DNA from: Emiliania huxleyi CCMP1516
Lineage: Eukaryota
Reading direction: 5' to 3'
Assembly: GCF_000372725.1 (NCBI RefSeq)
Contig: NW_005201092.1
Location: 470,564 to 534,563 of the forward strand
Length of the DNA: 64,000 bases
How positions within the stretch are numbered: the stretch's first letter is position 1; each line of letters begins with the position of its first letter. Positions 23,624-35,089 of this stretch are shown here, piece after piece. Under the pieces are notes generated by a model. It did no database searches, had not been told where the DNA came from, and saw only the letters and a program-made list of their open reading frames with translations. Both the position numbers and the translations under genes were made by a program.

Positions 23624-25056
23624 TCAAGTGCTGCCGCCGCCGCCCGAGACGCCCCCCATCGCCTGCCGCTTGGCCGCCTGGCTTTGGAAGGAGCCGAAGT
23701 TCCGGTTCCACTCCTCGAAGGCGGCCAGCTCGCCCGGCCCGACGCTCGCGCGGATCGCGCCGAGAGCGTCCTCGAAGTCCGAGAGGCGGATCGGGCGCAT
23801 CTCGCTCGAGTGCACCCCGCTGAGCAGCGCCGCCTCGAAGCCCGGATCGCGGCATGGCCCCATCGCTGCTTCACGGCACAGCGCCGCCATGTCGGAGCCC
23901 GAGTAGCCGTCGGTCGCCTCGAGGAGCGAGCCGATGTCGGCCTCGCCGATCGCGTGCACCAGGTCCGCGAGGCCGCGCGTGAGCATCTCGCGTCGCCCGG
24001 CCGCGTCTGGCAGCGGGATGAGCAGCCGCTTGGAGAGGCGGCGGCGGGCCGCGTCATCGAGCTAGGGCGGAGGGGGCGAGGGTGAGGGTGAGGGCTGGGG
24101 TGAAGGGCGAGGGGTGAGGGGTGAGTCCAAGGTGTGGTGGATGTGAACGCAGAACGGCGACCATAGCTCACAGGTCGGGTCTGTACCGCGGAGCTGCAGC
24201 TTCTGCTAGTGCCACACGTGCTAACCTGCTGCGGCCGGTTGGTTGCGCCGACGAAGAGGAGGCTCTCGTTGGCGTCGGCGCCCGCGACGCCGTCCATCTG
24301 GACCAGAATCTCATTCTTGACTCGGATGGTCGAGTCGTGCTCGCCCTCGCGCCGCTGGCCGAGCACCGAGTCCACCTAAGGTAAGGTGAGGTAAGGTAAA
24401 CTTCTCCACACACACAAGGTGTTGGGCAAGGGGGGGCGACCCTGGCGTCTCCACGTCTAGACGACAGGAGCCCCACGGCATTTCAAGTGCAAGGCCCAAT
24501 GCGCGTGGGTGAGCGGTGTGTGTGGTGGTGGGGGGGGGGGGGGGGAGTCCACCTCGTCAATGAAGATGACGGACGGCTTGCGCGCGCGCGCCACGCCAAA
24601 GAGTGCGCGGACGAGCCGCTCGGAGTCGCCCATCCACTTGGACATGAGAGACGAGGCGGAGATGGAGAAGAAGGTGGCGTTGCCCTCGGCGGCGATCGCC
24701 TTTGCGATGAGCGTCTTGCCGGTGCCGGGCGGGCCGAAGAGCAGCAGCCCGCGAGGCGGCCTCCGCTGACCGGTGAAGATGTCCGGGCGGAGGAGCGGCC
24801 AGACCGTGATCTCGCGCACGGACTGCTTGGCGTAGCTTAGCCCGGCGATCTCCTCCCAGGTCACGCCGGGCGAGGCGTCCACCACTTCGTTGAGGATCAC
24901 CTCGGCGAGCCGCGCCTTGGAGAAGAAGGAGGTGAGGGGGGAGGGGGGGGGGAGAGGGGCGGGGGGTGGTGGGGAGGGGGGGGGGAGAGGTGAGTTGTGG
25001 CTCGACGCCGCGCATGGCCGGGTGCTCCATCAAGGCAGCCACCTCGGGCGAGACTT

Positions 25057-25092
<36 letters not shown>

Positions 25093-26228
25093 TGATGCCT
25101 CCACCGCCTCCACCGCCTCCACCGCCTCCACCGCCTCCACCGCCTCCACCGCCTCCACCCCCACCGCCGTTCCCGCCGCCTCCTCCAACGCCCCGCGGGC
25201 GGGCGAACGGCCGCCGCAGCCCCGCGGCCCGCGCCCCCCCCGAGGTGCCGCCACCGCCCGAGGTGCCGCCACCGCCGTCGGGAGGACCATTCAGGGCGGC
25301 GTGCAGCCCCGGGGGCCCGCCGCCCCCCCGCCCGCCACCGCTGTAGTGGCCACCGCCGCCTCCGCCCCCTCCGCCGCCTCCGCCACCTCCGCCACCTCCG
25401 CCGCCCCCTCCGCCGCCCTTGCCGCCCTTGCGCATCAGGTCGATTTGGCGCCGATCCCGCGCCGACATGAAGCCGCCCGCGCTCTCCGCCGCGGAGGCCG
25501 CCGCGTGACGAGGCTCTTGACGAGGCTGCGCCTCCACGCGGCGCGTCTCGCCTTGCGCGTGGTGGGCGTGCGGAGGCGCTCGCTGCTGCGCGCCCCACCC
25601 CGCCCCGCGACCGCCTTGCTCGGCGGGCAGGCGGCCCGCTCCGCCGCCGGCCCTCGGAGGTGCCTAGGGGACGTGCAACGGACGTGTCCTGGACATGTCC
25701 GGGACATGTGCGGTCCGGCCCTCGGAGGTGTGCCGCCGACGCTGCCAGAGCCGGGCCGCACCGGAGCCCGCCAGCCGCCGGCGCAGGCTGCGCGGCGATT
25801 GGGGGCGGGCCTCCGTCGGAGCTCAGCGCCGGTTGCGGTGCTCGCCACTGCGGCCAGGACGAGGACGATGGCGTGCCATCTGCGGGAGGCAGCTCCGCCG
25901 GCCTCTGCGCCTCACGCAGCTGGTGCGCGAAGCCCCGCAGCGCGCTGCACTGCGAGAGCTCCTCCATGGTCGGCGGCGGCGCGTCAATCGGCGCCACGGC
26001 TCCGGTGTAAAGTGCGCACAGCCCGGCCAAGTCCACGAGGGTTGGTGTGAGCGCCCCTTGCCAGAGGGTTCGGTGCAGGCCTTCTGCGTGCGCGCCCGAC
26101 TCGAGCAGGACCGTCGCCCGCAGCCGGTACTCTGTGGCCGCGGCGGCTCTGGATGCCGCGTCGTTCTCGCGAGCCCGCTTGAGGAGTGAGTCGAATGATA
26201 CGTGTGAAGACTCTGGTGTGGCTGACAT
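23624..26228 (-). CDS. FIGNL1: Fidgetin-like 1 AAA ATPase, multi-exon
   Basis: [56 protein letters not shown]-terminal WNRNFGS. Confidence 0.85.
24377..24493 (-). mobile_element. 3' end of a non-LTR/SINE-like element with an (ACCTT)n tail, inside a fidgetin intron
   Basis: Reverse complement matches 54834-54958. Confidence 0.65.
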
Positions 26229-26389
26229 CCTCGCCGTCGAGAAGAGAACGCAGAGCGCGCGCGCGCGCGGCCGCCGGTCAGCAAAGCGGCAATCGTCTGT
26301 TGAAGAAAATCGGGGTGGAATGCGCTCGTTAGCTCCGAGTAGAGGGGGCGTTCTGCAGTTAAGGGGAAACCCGGTACACGGAACTAACC

Positions 26390-26562
26390 CTCGGAGACCC
26401 GTGTTTACTTTACAGCCCTTTCCCTGCGAACGCGCACTCCCCCTAGGGGTCAGGGCTCTCTAGCCCGTAGCCCGATACCGACCATCCGGCCCGCTGGGTG
26501 CGCTTCTTAGCTCCTCGGCCCTGGATGTGAGGTTACCGACTGCACTCAAAGTGCTCCAAGTG
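26390..26562 (+). repeat. Dispersed repeat family A
   Basis: Matches 52592-52686, 19703-19726 and, inverted, 7994-8146. Confidence 0.85.
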
Positions 26563-26908
26563 TCTCGCTGGTCGGAGGACGCCACCGTCGCCTAGACTCC
26601 CTTGGCCTTGCGTCACTACGAACTACTTGCCTCCCCGTGTTTGTTTGTAGCCTGGCGTTTGAGAAAGAGAGATTCTTGGCGTTTGTGAGTATGTCTTTCT
26701 GTGGCGTTTGTGCCCCCCGTTTCGCGTTTGTGCCGCGTCCCGTGCCCCCGAGAGTTCATTCTACAAATTCTCGCTCCGGTGACCCCATGCCCTACGGCTG
26801 AGCGGGTTGCCAACTGCACTCTCCAAAAGCCAACCTCGCCGTCTTCTCTCACATTCTTTCTTACTAGCCCCAGCCTGTGGCGGTGGCCGTGGGGGAGGGG
26901 AGAGGCTC

Positions 26909-27769
26909 TCAATCCCTTCGGGCCGCGGCGTGCGCCCGCTCGTGCACCGCGCTCAGCGCCTCCATCTCTGCGTCGCTCAGCGCGCCCCAGGACCACAGGT
27001 CGAGGTCCTCCCTCATAAAGTCGGCTCGCCAGACGGCGGTGGCGAGGGGCCGCTTCTGCTGCACGATCCACTTGAGCGCCACCTGCGCGGCCGAGACGCC
27101 GTGCGCCGCCGCCACCGCCTTGACCTCGGGGATCGCCAGGACCGAGCCGTGTCGGCAGGAGGAGCCGTTCGGCCCGCCGCAGAGGGGCGAGTAGGCCATG
27201 TAGCCGATCCCCGCCCGGCTGCAGTACGCGAGGGTGGCCTCGTCGCGGTACCCGACCGAGAGGGAGCCCTGGTTCAGGGCGGGCGGCCAGACGCGCGGCT
27301 TGCGCACGCGCATCGCCTCAAAGTGCTTGGCCTGAAAGTTGGAGACGCCGATCGCGCGCGCCTTTCCCGCCAGGTAGGCGTCCTCCAGCGCCCGCCACGT
27401 GTCGTACGTGCTCTCCATGCGAAGCGACGGAAAGTGGATGAGCAGAAGGTCTACCGCCGCCACGCCTAGCTCTGAGAGGTCGGCGTCGATGTGGGCGGCA
27501 GCCTTCTCGTAGCTGCTGCTGGGAACCTTGGTGGTGAGGAAGGGCGCGGTGGTGGCGGGACCCGCCGCGGCGACGCCCTTGGCGATGAGCCGCTGCGTGC
27601 CGTAGTCGTAGGCGGTGTCGATGGCGGCGCCGCCCGCTCGCAGCCACATTGTGACCGCATCCGTCACGTTGACACCCGGATGGTGGATGCCGGAGCCGGT
27701 CCCGAGAGATACGTAAGGGAGGCTCACGCCCGGTGCGATGGGAAGGGAGGGAGGGGCGGCGGCGAGCAT
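26909..27769 (-). CDS. Aldo-keto reductase
   Basis: IDTAYDYG, FLTTK, DLLLIHFP, RAIGVSNF, AYSPL, AQVALKWIVQ. Confidence 0.92.
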   Translation of the reverse strand: MLAAAPPSLPIAPGVSLPYVSLGTGSGIHHPGVNVTDAVTMWLRAGGAAIDTAYDYGTQRLIAKGVAAAGPATTAPFLTTKVPSSSYEKAAAHIDADLSELGVAAVDLLLIHFPSLRMESTYDTWRALEDAYLAGKARAIGVSNFQAKHFEAMRVRKPRVWPPALNQGSLSVGYRDEATLAYCSRAGIGYMAYSPLCGGPNGSSCRHGSVLAIPEVKAVAAAHGVSAAQVALKWIVQQKRPLATAVWRADFMREDLDLWSWGALSDAEMEALSAVHERAHAAARRD

Positions 27770-27967
27770 GGGAGGACAGAGAGTTGGCCGTCCTGTCGCC
27801 TCCCCCTTTGCAAAGTGCAAAGAAAGCGAGTTTATCGATCAACACTTTCGATAGACCGAAAGTAAGATCGTTCGGTGCAGAAACCCCGGCCATGCCCATG
27901 TAACGCAATTGTGCTCGTTTTTTTGATTTTTTGGTTTAGAAGTGTCTCCAAGTCTTCTGGACCCATC

Positions 27968-28820
27968 GATGGCCGTCGCCTCGACGCCGCTCGTCGCGGC
28001 ACCATCGTGCCCGGCCTGGGCGAAGCGTCGTCGCGGGTTCCCGCCGCAGTTCGACGGCAAGCCGTGCGAGCCTGCCGAGGAGGAGGACATGTGGCTGTGC
28101 AGAGCCGACGGCCGCGCGCGCAGCACCGCCGACCTGAAGCGCCTGGCGACCGCCGCTCGGGTGCGAGCGAAACGAGCAGGAGATGCAGCCGCCGCGAACA
28201 CGCGCGATCGGCAGGCGCGCGACCAGCGCCGCCGGCAGCGTGAGCAGCACGACCGGCGCGCAGCGCCGGCGGTCGCCAAGACCGTGCGCCCACAACGCGG
28301 CCAGTGCGGCTGCCCGGCGCACGCGGTGTGCGGCATGTGCGTCGACCAGGGCAAGCTCGCCGCGGCCGAGCAGGCGGCCATCGACCTGGAGACGCGCTTC
28401 CACGCCTCGACGAACGTCGTCATGGACCTGGAGCGGCCCGAGGACGAGACGGCGGCGCTGCTGCAGCGCTGCGTGCACGTCTCCGACGAGACGAAGCGGC
28501 GGCTGCTGGGCGAGTGGAGCGACGAGCGCATGGCGCACGCGCTGCCGCTGCACGCATGCGCCTCGTGCGGCGTGCGGGACCCGTCGCTGACGTACACGCG
28601 GGTTGACGTGTCGGCGCTGCCGCGCACTGTGTCTGTGCGCGTAGCCGGCGGCGAAGACGACGGTCGCCCGCCGACGCGAGTGACGGAGAGGGTGACGAGC
28701 AGATGCGCGACGCATCAGACGCGCAGGATGACGGTGCAAGCATGTCCGAGGGTAAGTAAAAGTGTGAGGTTTGGTGGAGGCTGTAGCGTCGTCGCGCGTA
28801 AGAAGCGTGGTGAAATTTAG
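27968..28820 (+). CDS. Unknown Cys-rich protein, possibly a truncated transposon ORF
   Basis: Coding-like GC3 up to about 28630; CGCPAHAVCGMC and HACASCGVRD. Confidence 0.4.
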
Positions 28821-29057
28821 AAAAGGAGTTGCGGTGTTGATCGCCGCGGGAGCCCTCTTATAGTCTAACTATGTCCCTTGGGTTGTCTGTTTTCTTTCTT
28901 TAATGGCAAGGCAGAGTGCAGGTGCACCCTCACGCCGCGCGTATAGGACCTTCCAGGGGATAAGTAAGAGAAAGAACACGCATGCTCTACCTATTCTCCC
29001 AGTAAGTAAGCTAGGTGGCGGCGTGCCGTCCTCCCGAGATCCACTTTTTAGGGGAGG

Positions 29058-30224
29058 GTGTTTTTTTGGGCTGCGACGCACCTTTTACTTGCTTATCGCA
29101 AGTCATTCGTCCGTCCCAGCCAGCCTCAGCAGCGAGCAATGCAGGTCGAGTTAGAATCTCTAACTGAAGAGCGCCAGCCGCTCGTGGGACTTCACATGGC
29201 GGTGGTGGTGCCCCTTCGCACGCGAGAAGACGCGGTGAGGTTGGAGAGGGCGGCCGAGCTGTGGTCGGACCCCGGGTTGGCCCCGTGTGCGGCGGCAATC
29301 CCAGAGGGCGAGGGAGACGCCCTCGGTGCGGTGCAGTCGGCGAGCCGTGCATTTGGACAGCGGTGCGAGCGCATGACCTCGCCGGCCTTCGTCCCGCGCC
29401 CTCATCGTCCCTTCGCGACCGCCCCGAGTGACACCTCAGTCGACCTGATCGCCTATCAAGAGGAGCACCTCCTGAGCCCCGCGCAGCTCGCCGCCGCCGT
29501 TGGCCGCGCGGCGGTGTGCTTTCGTAGGCTGATCATAAGCGAGACGCCCGCCGCCACCGCCGCTGCCGCCGCCACCTCCTCCTCCGGCAACCGCCTCTAC
29601 TATCGGATGATGCTGCGGCTGTCGGGGCTGCAGCTCTACAACTACTGGTTCCTCGTGGAGGCGGACACGGAGCCGCTCACGCCGATCTGGCTTGAGTACA
29701 TGGTCGCCCTTGTGCCTCCACTCGGCGAGCGCGTCTGGGTCAAGGGGAGCGATCCCCGCCACCCGTGCGGCGTGCGCTGCAAGGCAAAGGGCGGCAACAG
29801 GTACATTGGAAGAGCAGCCATCTACAACGGGCAGGACGCGCTTTTCCGCACCTTCGTGGAGGTGGCGCGAAACGCGAGTAGCCAGCTTCCGTTCGAGCGC
29901 GCTCTGTGGGCAGCTCGCATCAATAGCATCCAGACGCCTGAGGCACTCGGCTTCCCGCGCAAACGCCACGCCATCTCGCATCTCTTCCAGTTCTCCGACT
30001 GGCTGGTGAGCGACGCAAACATCAGCACGCCGGCGGCCCTCCGCAAGTACCCGTGCACGTTGCTCTTCCATCGCGCCCGCGATCACGCCGCGGCCGAGCC
30101 CGGCCGAAGCGCCGCTCGGGCGGCCGCCAGCATACACACACGTGTGTATGCGACTTTGAGAGAAGCTGCCTCGTTCACAGCCTTGTTCACTAGACGTTTA
30201 GTGGATAGTGCTCCAAGTTTGTAG
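29058..30224 (+). CDS. Putative glycosyltransferase-like protein; start uncertain
   Basis: 388-aa ORF; YWFLVEADTEP..WL, VWVKGS, YIGRAAIYN resemble a GT-A-like core. Confidence 0.5.
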   Translation: MFFWAATHLLLAYRKSFVRPSQPQQRAMQVELESLTEERQPLVGLHMAVVVPLRTREDAVRLERAAELWSDPGLAPCAAAIPEGEGDALGAVQSASRAFGQRCERMTSPAFVPRPHRPFATAPSDTSVDLIAYQEEHLLSPAQLAAAVGRAAVCFRRLIISETPAATAAAAATSSSGNRLYYRMMLRLSGLQLYNYWFLVEADTEPLTPIWLEYMVALVPPLGERVWVKGSDPRHPCGVRCKAKGGNRYIGRAAIYNGQDALFRTFVEVARNASSQLPFERALWAARINSIQTPEALGFPRKRHAISHLFQFSDWLVSDANISTPAALRKYPCTLLFHRARDHAAAEPGRSAARAAASIHTRVYATLREAASFTALFTRRLVDSAPSL

Positions 30225-30697
30225 ACCTGATTCGCAGACAGGACCAGATTCCCCCTTTTCAAAGTGCTGATGGTTAGACTCAAATATATCCTGCGGAGCG
30301 CGTGGGCGGAGCGAGGGACGATATGGGATTTAGGCCCACCGTGCACCGGCGCGGTGGGAGGGTCACATCATGATTTCATGAGTGTGTGCGGCCGACCGGC
30401 TCCTACCCCCCACAAAGAGCCGGAAGCGGAACCCCAGCCGATGGTGGGTGCACGCGCGGCGACCCACGCGGGCTCCAGCTCGCCCTCTCCTCTGTCGTTT
30501 TCGTGGTCTAAAAAGGTGGAGGTGCGCCGCCCCCGGTGGCGGTGCACCCTGCACGTTTCTCCGTGACCGTATATTTACGCTGTACGCTGCGGGGAGGCCC
30601 CCCTGCGCACCGCGGATAGTCATAGAGGGGGCGCCACTTATAGCACTCTTTTTGTTGTTGCTGTCAGAGGAAATGGTTGACTAGAGTGTAGAGAGGT

Positions 30698-32293
30698 CTA
30701 TTCACACAGAGTGCGGCGGCGCAGCAGCACGGCGCACTCGAGGTGCGGCGTGTAGGCAAAGTGATCGAAGATCGCGCTACGCACCACGGCGTGCGTCTGC
30801 AGGAGCCCCCCGCGCTGCAAGTTGTCGAGCAGCGCCTCCGGGTTGCAGGAGATGTACAGCACGTGGTCAAAGTAGCTCACGAGTCGCAGCGTGTCCGCGT
30901 CCAGCCCGCAGCGGGGAGGGTCCACCAGGATGACGTCCGTCCTGCCTCGCGCCTCCTCGAGCCAACGGGTCGTCGGGTTGGCAGACGGAGCCGCTGCCTC
31001 CGCCGCCGGCTGTGTCGGCTCCTCCCTCCCGCCAAGCTCGGCATCGGGCGGTGCCGCCGTCCGCCCCGCCGCCGCCTCCTTTGCGCCGCGGTCGAGCTTG
31101 CGCAGCAGCGAGCGGCAGAAGCGGCCCGAGTCGGCGGCGAGCACCTGCGGGAGGGGGCTCGGCGGAGGCGCGTGGAAAGGGGCTCCGAGAGAGCGCCAGA
31201 GTCCCGGCGGCGAGACACCGTCGCGTTGCGCACGCCGTTGGAGGCCAGGTTGTGCTCGGCGGCTGCGCAGAGCCGCCTGTCGATCTCGACGGCCAGCACG
31301 TGCGAGAAGTGCGTCGCCAGCGCGACGGTGTGGTTGCCTGCGGGGCACGTCGTGGACGTGTCATGGACGTGTCCCGCGACACGCACCACGAGTGCCGGCC
31401 GGTTGGGTTGCCGTTCCCGCTGTAGAGCTCGAGCAGCAGCGACTGCGCGGGCGCCGCGCCGCCGCCGCGCCTGGCCCTCTCGGCAGCGATGAGCCGCGCC
31501 GACTCGCAGAGCCAGTCCAGCGTCTTCTCGCACCTGCAGCAGAGGACGGCTCCGAGCACGGGTTGGGCGAGGGCGGGGGACGGGTCGCCGCCGCGCGCGC
31601 TCTCGCACATGGCCGCGCTCGGGTTGGAGAAGGAGCCCTCGACCTGCCGGTACGTGAGCCGCCTCCCGTCGTGCAGCGCGTACGTCTCGTCCACAGAGTC
31701 GCGGTCGAGCACCACGCGAGTTCCCTTTGCGCGGCCGAGCAGCGCCGGGAGGGAGAGCTCGGCCCGCATCGCCTCCGCCGCGGCCCGCCTATGGGCAGGC
31801 TCCGAGAAGGGTCGGGGAAGGGTCGAGAAGCGGCGGAGCTTCCGGACCGGCCCCGCCAGTCGGAGTGCATCGGCTCGCCGTATATCAAGGACACGAGCAT
31901 GTCGCCGGTCTGGGTGCCGAGGAAGTGACACGCCTCGAGCCCAGTCGAGAGCGCCTCAGACGACGCGACCGCGGCGAGCAGCCGCGGCATCAGCTCGTTG
32001 ATCTCCCGCGAGGCGACCGGGAATCGATCGACGGCGACGCGCGGTGCGTCCTTGTCGAAGAGCGCAAACTTGAGCACGCCGTCGAAGCGGCACATCGCGA
32101 AGCGGGCCCGCTGCCGGAAGTGGGCCGGCATGGAAGGGAAGATCTGCACCTCCACGCCGGCGAGGACGGCGCCAAAGAGGGACCGCATCGCGCTCGTCTT
32201 CTCCTGCAGCTGGTGCTCGTACGACTCGGGCTCAAAGGCCATCCAGGTGACCTTGCCATCGCACCGGATGGGAGCGGTGGCGGCCATGGCCAT
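30698..32293 (-). CDS. trmA: tRNA (uracil-54-C5)-methyltransferase, TrmA type, multi-exon
   Basis: YEHQLQEK, HFRQRARF, YRQVEGSFSNP, LLELYSGNGN, LVDPPRCGLD, LYISCNP, FDHFAYTPHLEC. Confidence 0.9.
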
Positions 32294-33116
32294 GCCCGGT
32301 TTGCTTGGTGTGGCGGCCAGATGTCGGTTCGTCGAGCGTCGGTGAGGTCCGTGGGGAGGTCGAGGAGGCGGACGGGCGGCGGCCTAGGCGAGGACGCGGC
32401 CGTGGCGGCAGCGGCCGCAAGCAACAACGCGCCCCCCCGCCCCCCGGGGCCCGATTGCAGGGTTTCCAACTTTTTGCGGGACGGTACCCCACTTTGTTGT
32501 CGTGCGTGTCGTCATCGTCTGTCCGGCGTTCACCCATACCGCGTTGCCAGTCCGAGCCTGGCTGTTCTTCACCTTTCTACCTACCTACCTCTTTGTTAGT
32601 ATCGAGGTCAGATGCTGCGGCGCTGAGTCTCCTCCTCGCCACCCTTCCCTTTTTACTTTGAGGCTGTCGCTCCGAGAAAGCTCGTCTCGCAGCTGCGAGA
32701 AGGTATAAGCGAAGTCTGAGATCTGTCTGCGTGGAGCGTGCGGCCCCTGAGAGAGATTTTTGTTTAGTTGTTGCCCCTGTGCCACACGCCACACGGTACA
32801 TAGGGAAAAAGGGTCGTTAGTCGTTCGAACTCTCGCATGAACTCAGCTCTCCGCACTCCGGAACGGGCTGCCTCGAACGGGGCTCCCCCACCTGCTCGTG
32901 CGCGCTGACCGCTGTGTGGCTGTGCGTGTGCCGCCCTCTCGTGCCGGGGAGCCGGGGTTCACGACTAATCGGCCAATGATTGATCTATGAAAACCACACG
33001 TTACATCCCATCGGCTATTTGAAATCCCTCTCGCGGAGACATGCTGTGATGATGGTTGATGATGATGTCAAAAAGTGGCATGGTCGGAGTTAAAATTTTG
33101 CGCGCCCCGGGCAGGC

Positions 33117-34982
33117 TCACGCCCGCTTCCTCGCCGGCGAGCGGACTCGCCGTGCGGCTGGCGCCGCCGCCTCACCGCCAGCCAGGCCCGCCGCCTTGCG
33201 CTTGGCGAGCGGCGTGCTCGGGAACACGTCCACGCTCCACACGCGCACGAGAAGCAGGACCGGCATGAGGACGTAGGCGCCGTAGACGGCCGTGACGAGG
33301 AGCGGGCGGCGTGAGGCGTGGGGTCCGAAGTACTGCTCCGCGAGGACGATGGGCATGATGGTGAGCAGGACGGTGGCGTACACGACGGCGGGCACGCGGA
33401 CCCAGCTGCGCTGCCGCACAAAGGCGTAGATGGCGACGGCGTAGAAGGGCGCCTGCACCAGCACCTCGACCCAAATGGCAGCTCGGAACCAGACCGGCCG
33501 CGCGTGCATCAGCGGGTCGGCGGCACTCCACCACCGGACGGCGCGGACGCACGGCTCTGGCGGCCACAGCGGCGTGTGCGCTGCGTCGAGGCCGTACAGG
33601 TCGGGCCGCTGCACGAGGACAGCCTCGATGTCGACAAAGAAAGTGACCGCGAGGCCGACGCAGAACCAGCCGATGAGGACCGCGTCGACGGGTCGCATCG
33701 GCGCTCGCTCGCCGGCAGGCAGCGGCGGCAGTGGAAAGAAGCGCGAGACGGTCGCTTGATACTCTGCGTACTGCGGGTACTTTCGCGAGGAGAGGACCTC
33801 GGTGACGTCGAGCGAGGCGTGCGGCAGCACAAAGAGGCAAGTGAGGAATGCCGCGCCCGAGATGGTCCAGTTGACGAGCGGCAGCCTACAGGACGCGTCC
33901 AGGACATGTCCGGGACGTGTCCTGCCGGCGGCGTTGTACCGTCGCCCGAGTCGGCCACCCGGCGGCGAGCGAGAAGAGGTAAAAGGCCCACCAGATCGCA
34001 ACCTCGCAAAAGTAGTTTGGGTGGCGCGAGTAGCGCCACAGGCCCGAGCAGAGGAAACCGCGGCCAAACTCGGCGCCGAGCGGCTCCTTGGCGCGCAGGC
34101 GGCGGTACTTTTCCGTCTGGAAGCGCATCATCTGCCGGTCTGCCGTCGCCTCGCCCGCGAGCAGCAAGAGGTAGAGCGCCGTCGCCGCGGCGTCGAGTGC
34201 GTTGAGCGGCACGTCCGAGCTGGCCGCCGCCGCCGCGGGCGACGAGAAGGCGAGGATGACGAGCTGCTGGAACCTAGGCGTTACCGAGGGCGGGGGTGAG
34301 AGGCGGTGTCCCCGGCGAGGGTAGCGTCACCGAGCTTCCGCGTTCCGCGGCGAGGGCAGGGGCGTCACCGAGCTTTGGTGAAGCAGCGAGGCGGTGTGAG
34401 AGGCGGTGGCAGGGGCATGTATGGCGACGCCGCGACGCGCGGGTATCTGGCGAGGGCAGCGCGGCACCCGCAGATGAAGAGCAGATTGAAGACCTCCCAA
34501 CCGCGGTCGAAGCCGGGCCAGGTGCGGATCTCTGCCCAGCGGTAGTCCTCGCCGCCCGAAAAGCCGCCCTTGCGTGCAAAGTTGGCGGTCAGGCGGAGGC
34601 CCCAGATCGAAGCCAGCGTCGCGAGGAGCAGCCCGCGCGGCGTGGGCGCCGATCCGTACCAGTGCCAGCAGTAGAGCCACGGCAGGATGGACCAGAGGCG
34701 GTCGACGATGGAAGGGTCGGAGGTGCCCTTGGAGCGGATCGTGCGCAGCGAGAGTAGCCACAGCGACAGGCAGATTGTCAGCGTGATCAAGACCTGCCTG
34801 GCCCAGGGATCGTGCCAGCACCCCCGAGGATCGGGGATGCAGCTCGCCACCGATGTGTATCGCAGCCAAACAGCGGACAGCGTCGCGATCTGAACCACGG
34901 AGCCGAGAAGCGCCGCCTGGACGGTGGGAGGCGCGACCGTGCCCGACAGCGTCGCCGCGGTGGAGCCGGTGAGGCTCGTCAT
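33117..34982 (-). CDS. DUF1295 (steroid-reductase-like) membrane domain fused to an EXPERA/TMEM97-like domain
   Basis: VDRLWSILP, WGLRLT, EDYRW, GLWRYSRHPNYF.E, KYPQYAEYQ; then in frame TFFVD, DPLM, WF...IWVE...QAPF, YGAYVLMP. Confidence 0.8.
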
Positions 34983-35089
34983 GCGAAGCAGGGCGTCTCG
35001 GCAAGCTTCGCGGTAAACGCGCGCCCGCAAGAAAAAAAATGCGCGCCGTGCACGGAGGTAACTGCAGCGCTTCTTTTCTTTTCCTCGCG

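Noticed and set aside
3689..26228. DNA-repair gene cluster (ligase, DUF72, fidgetin-like)
   Set aside because: Genes are dispersed among unrelated ones; no sign of co-regulation and the DUF72 role is unproven
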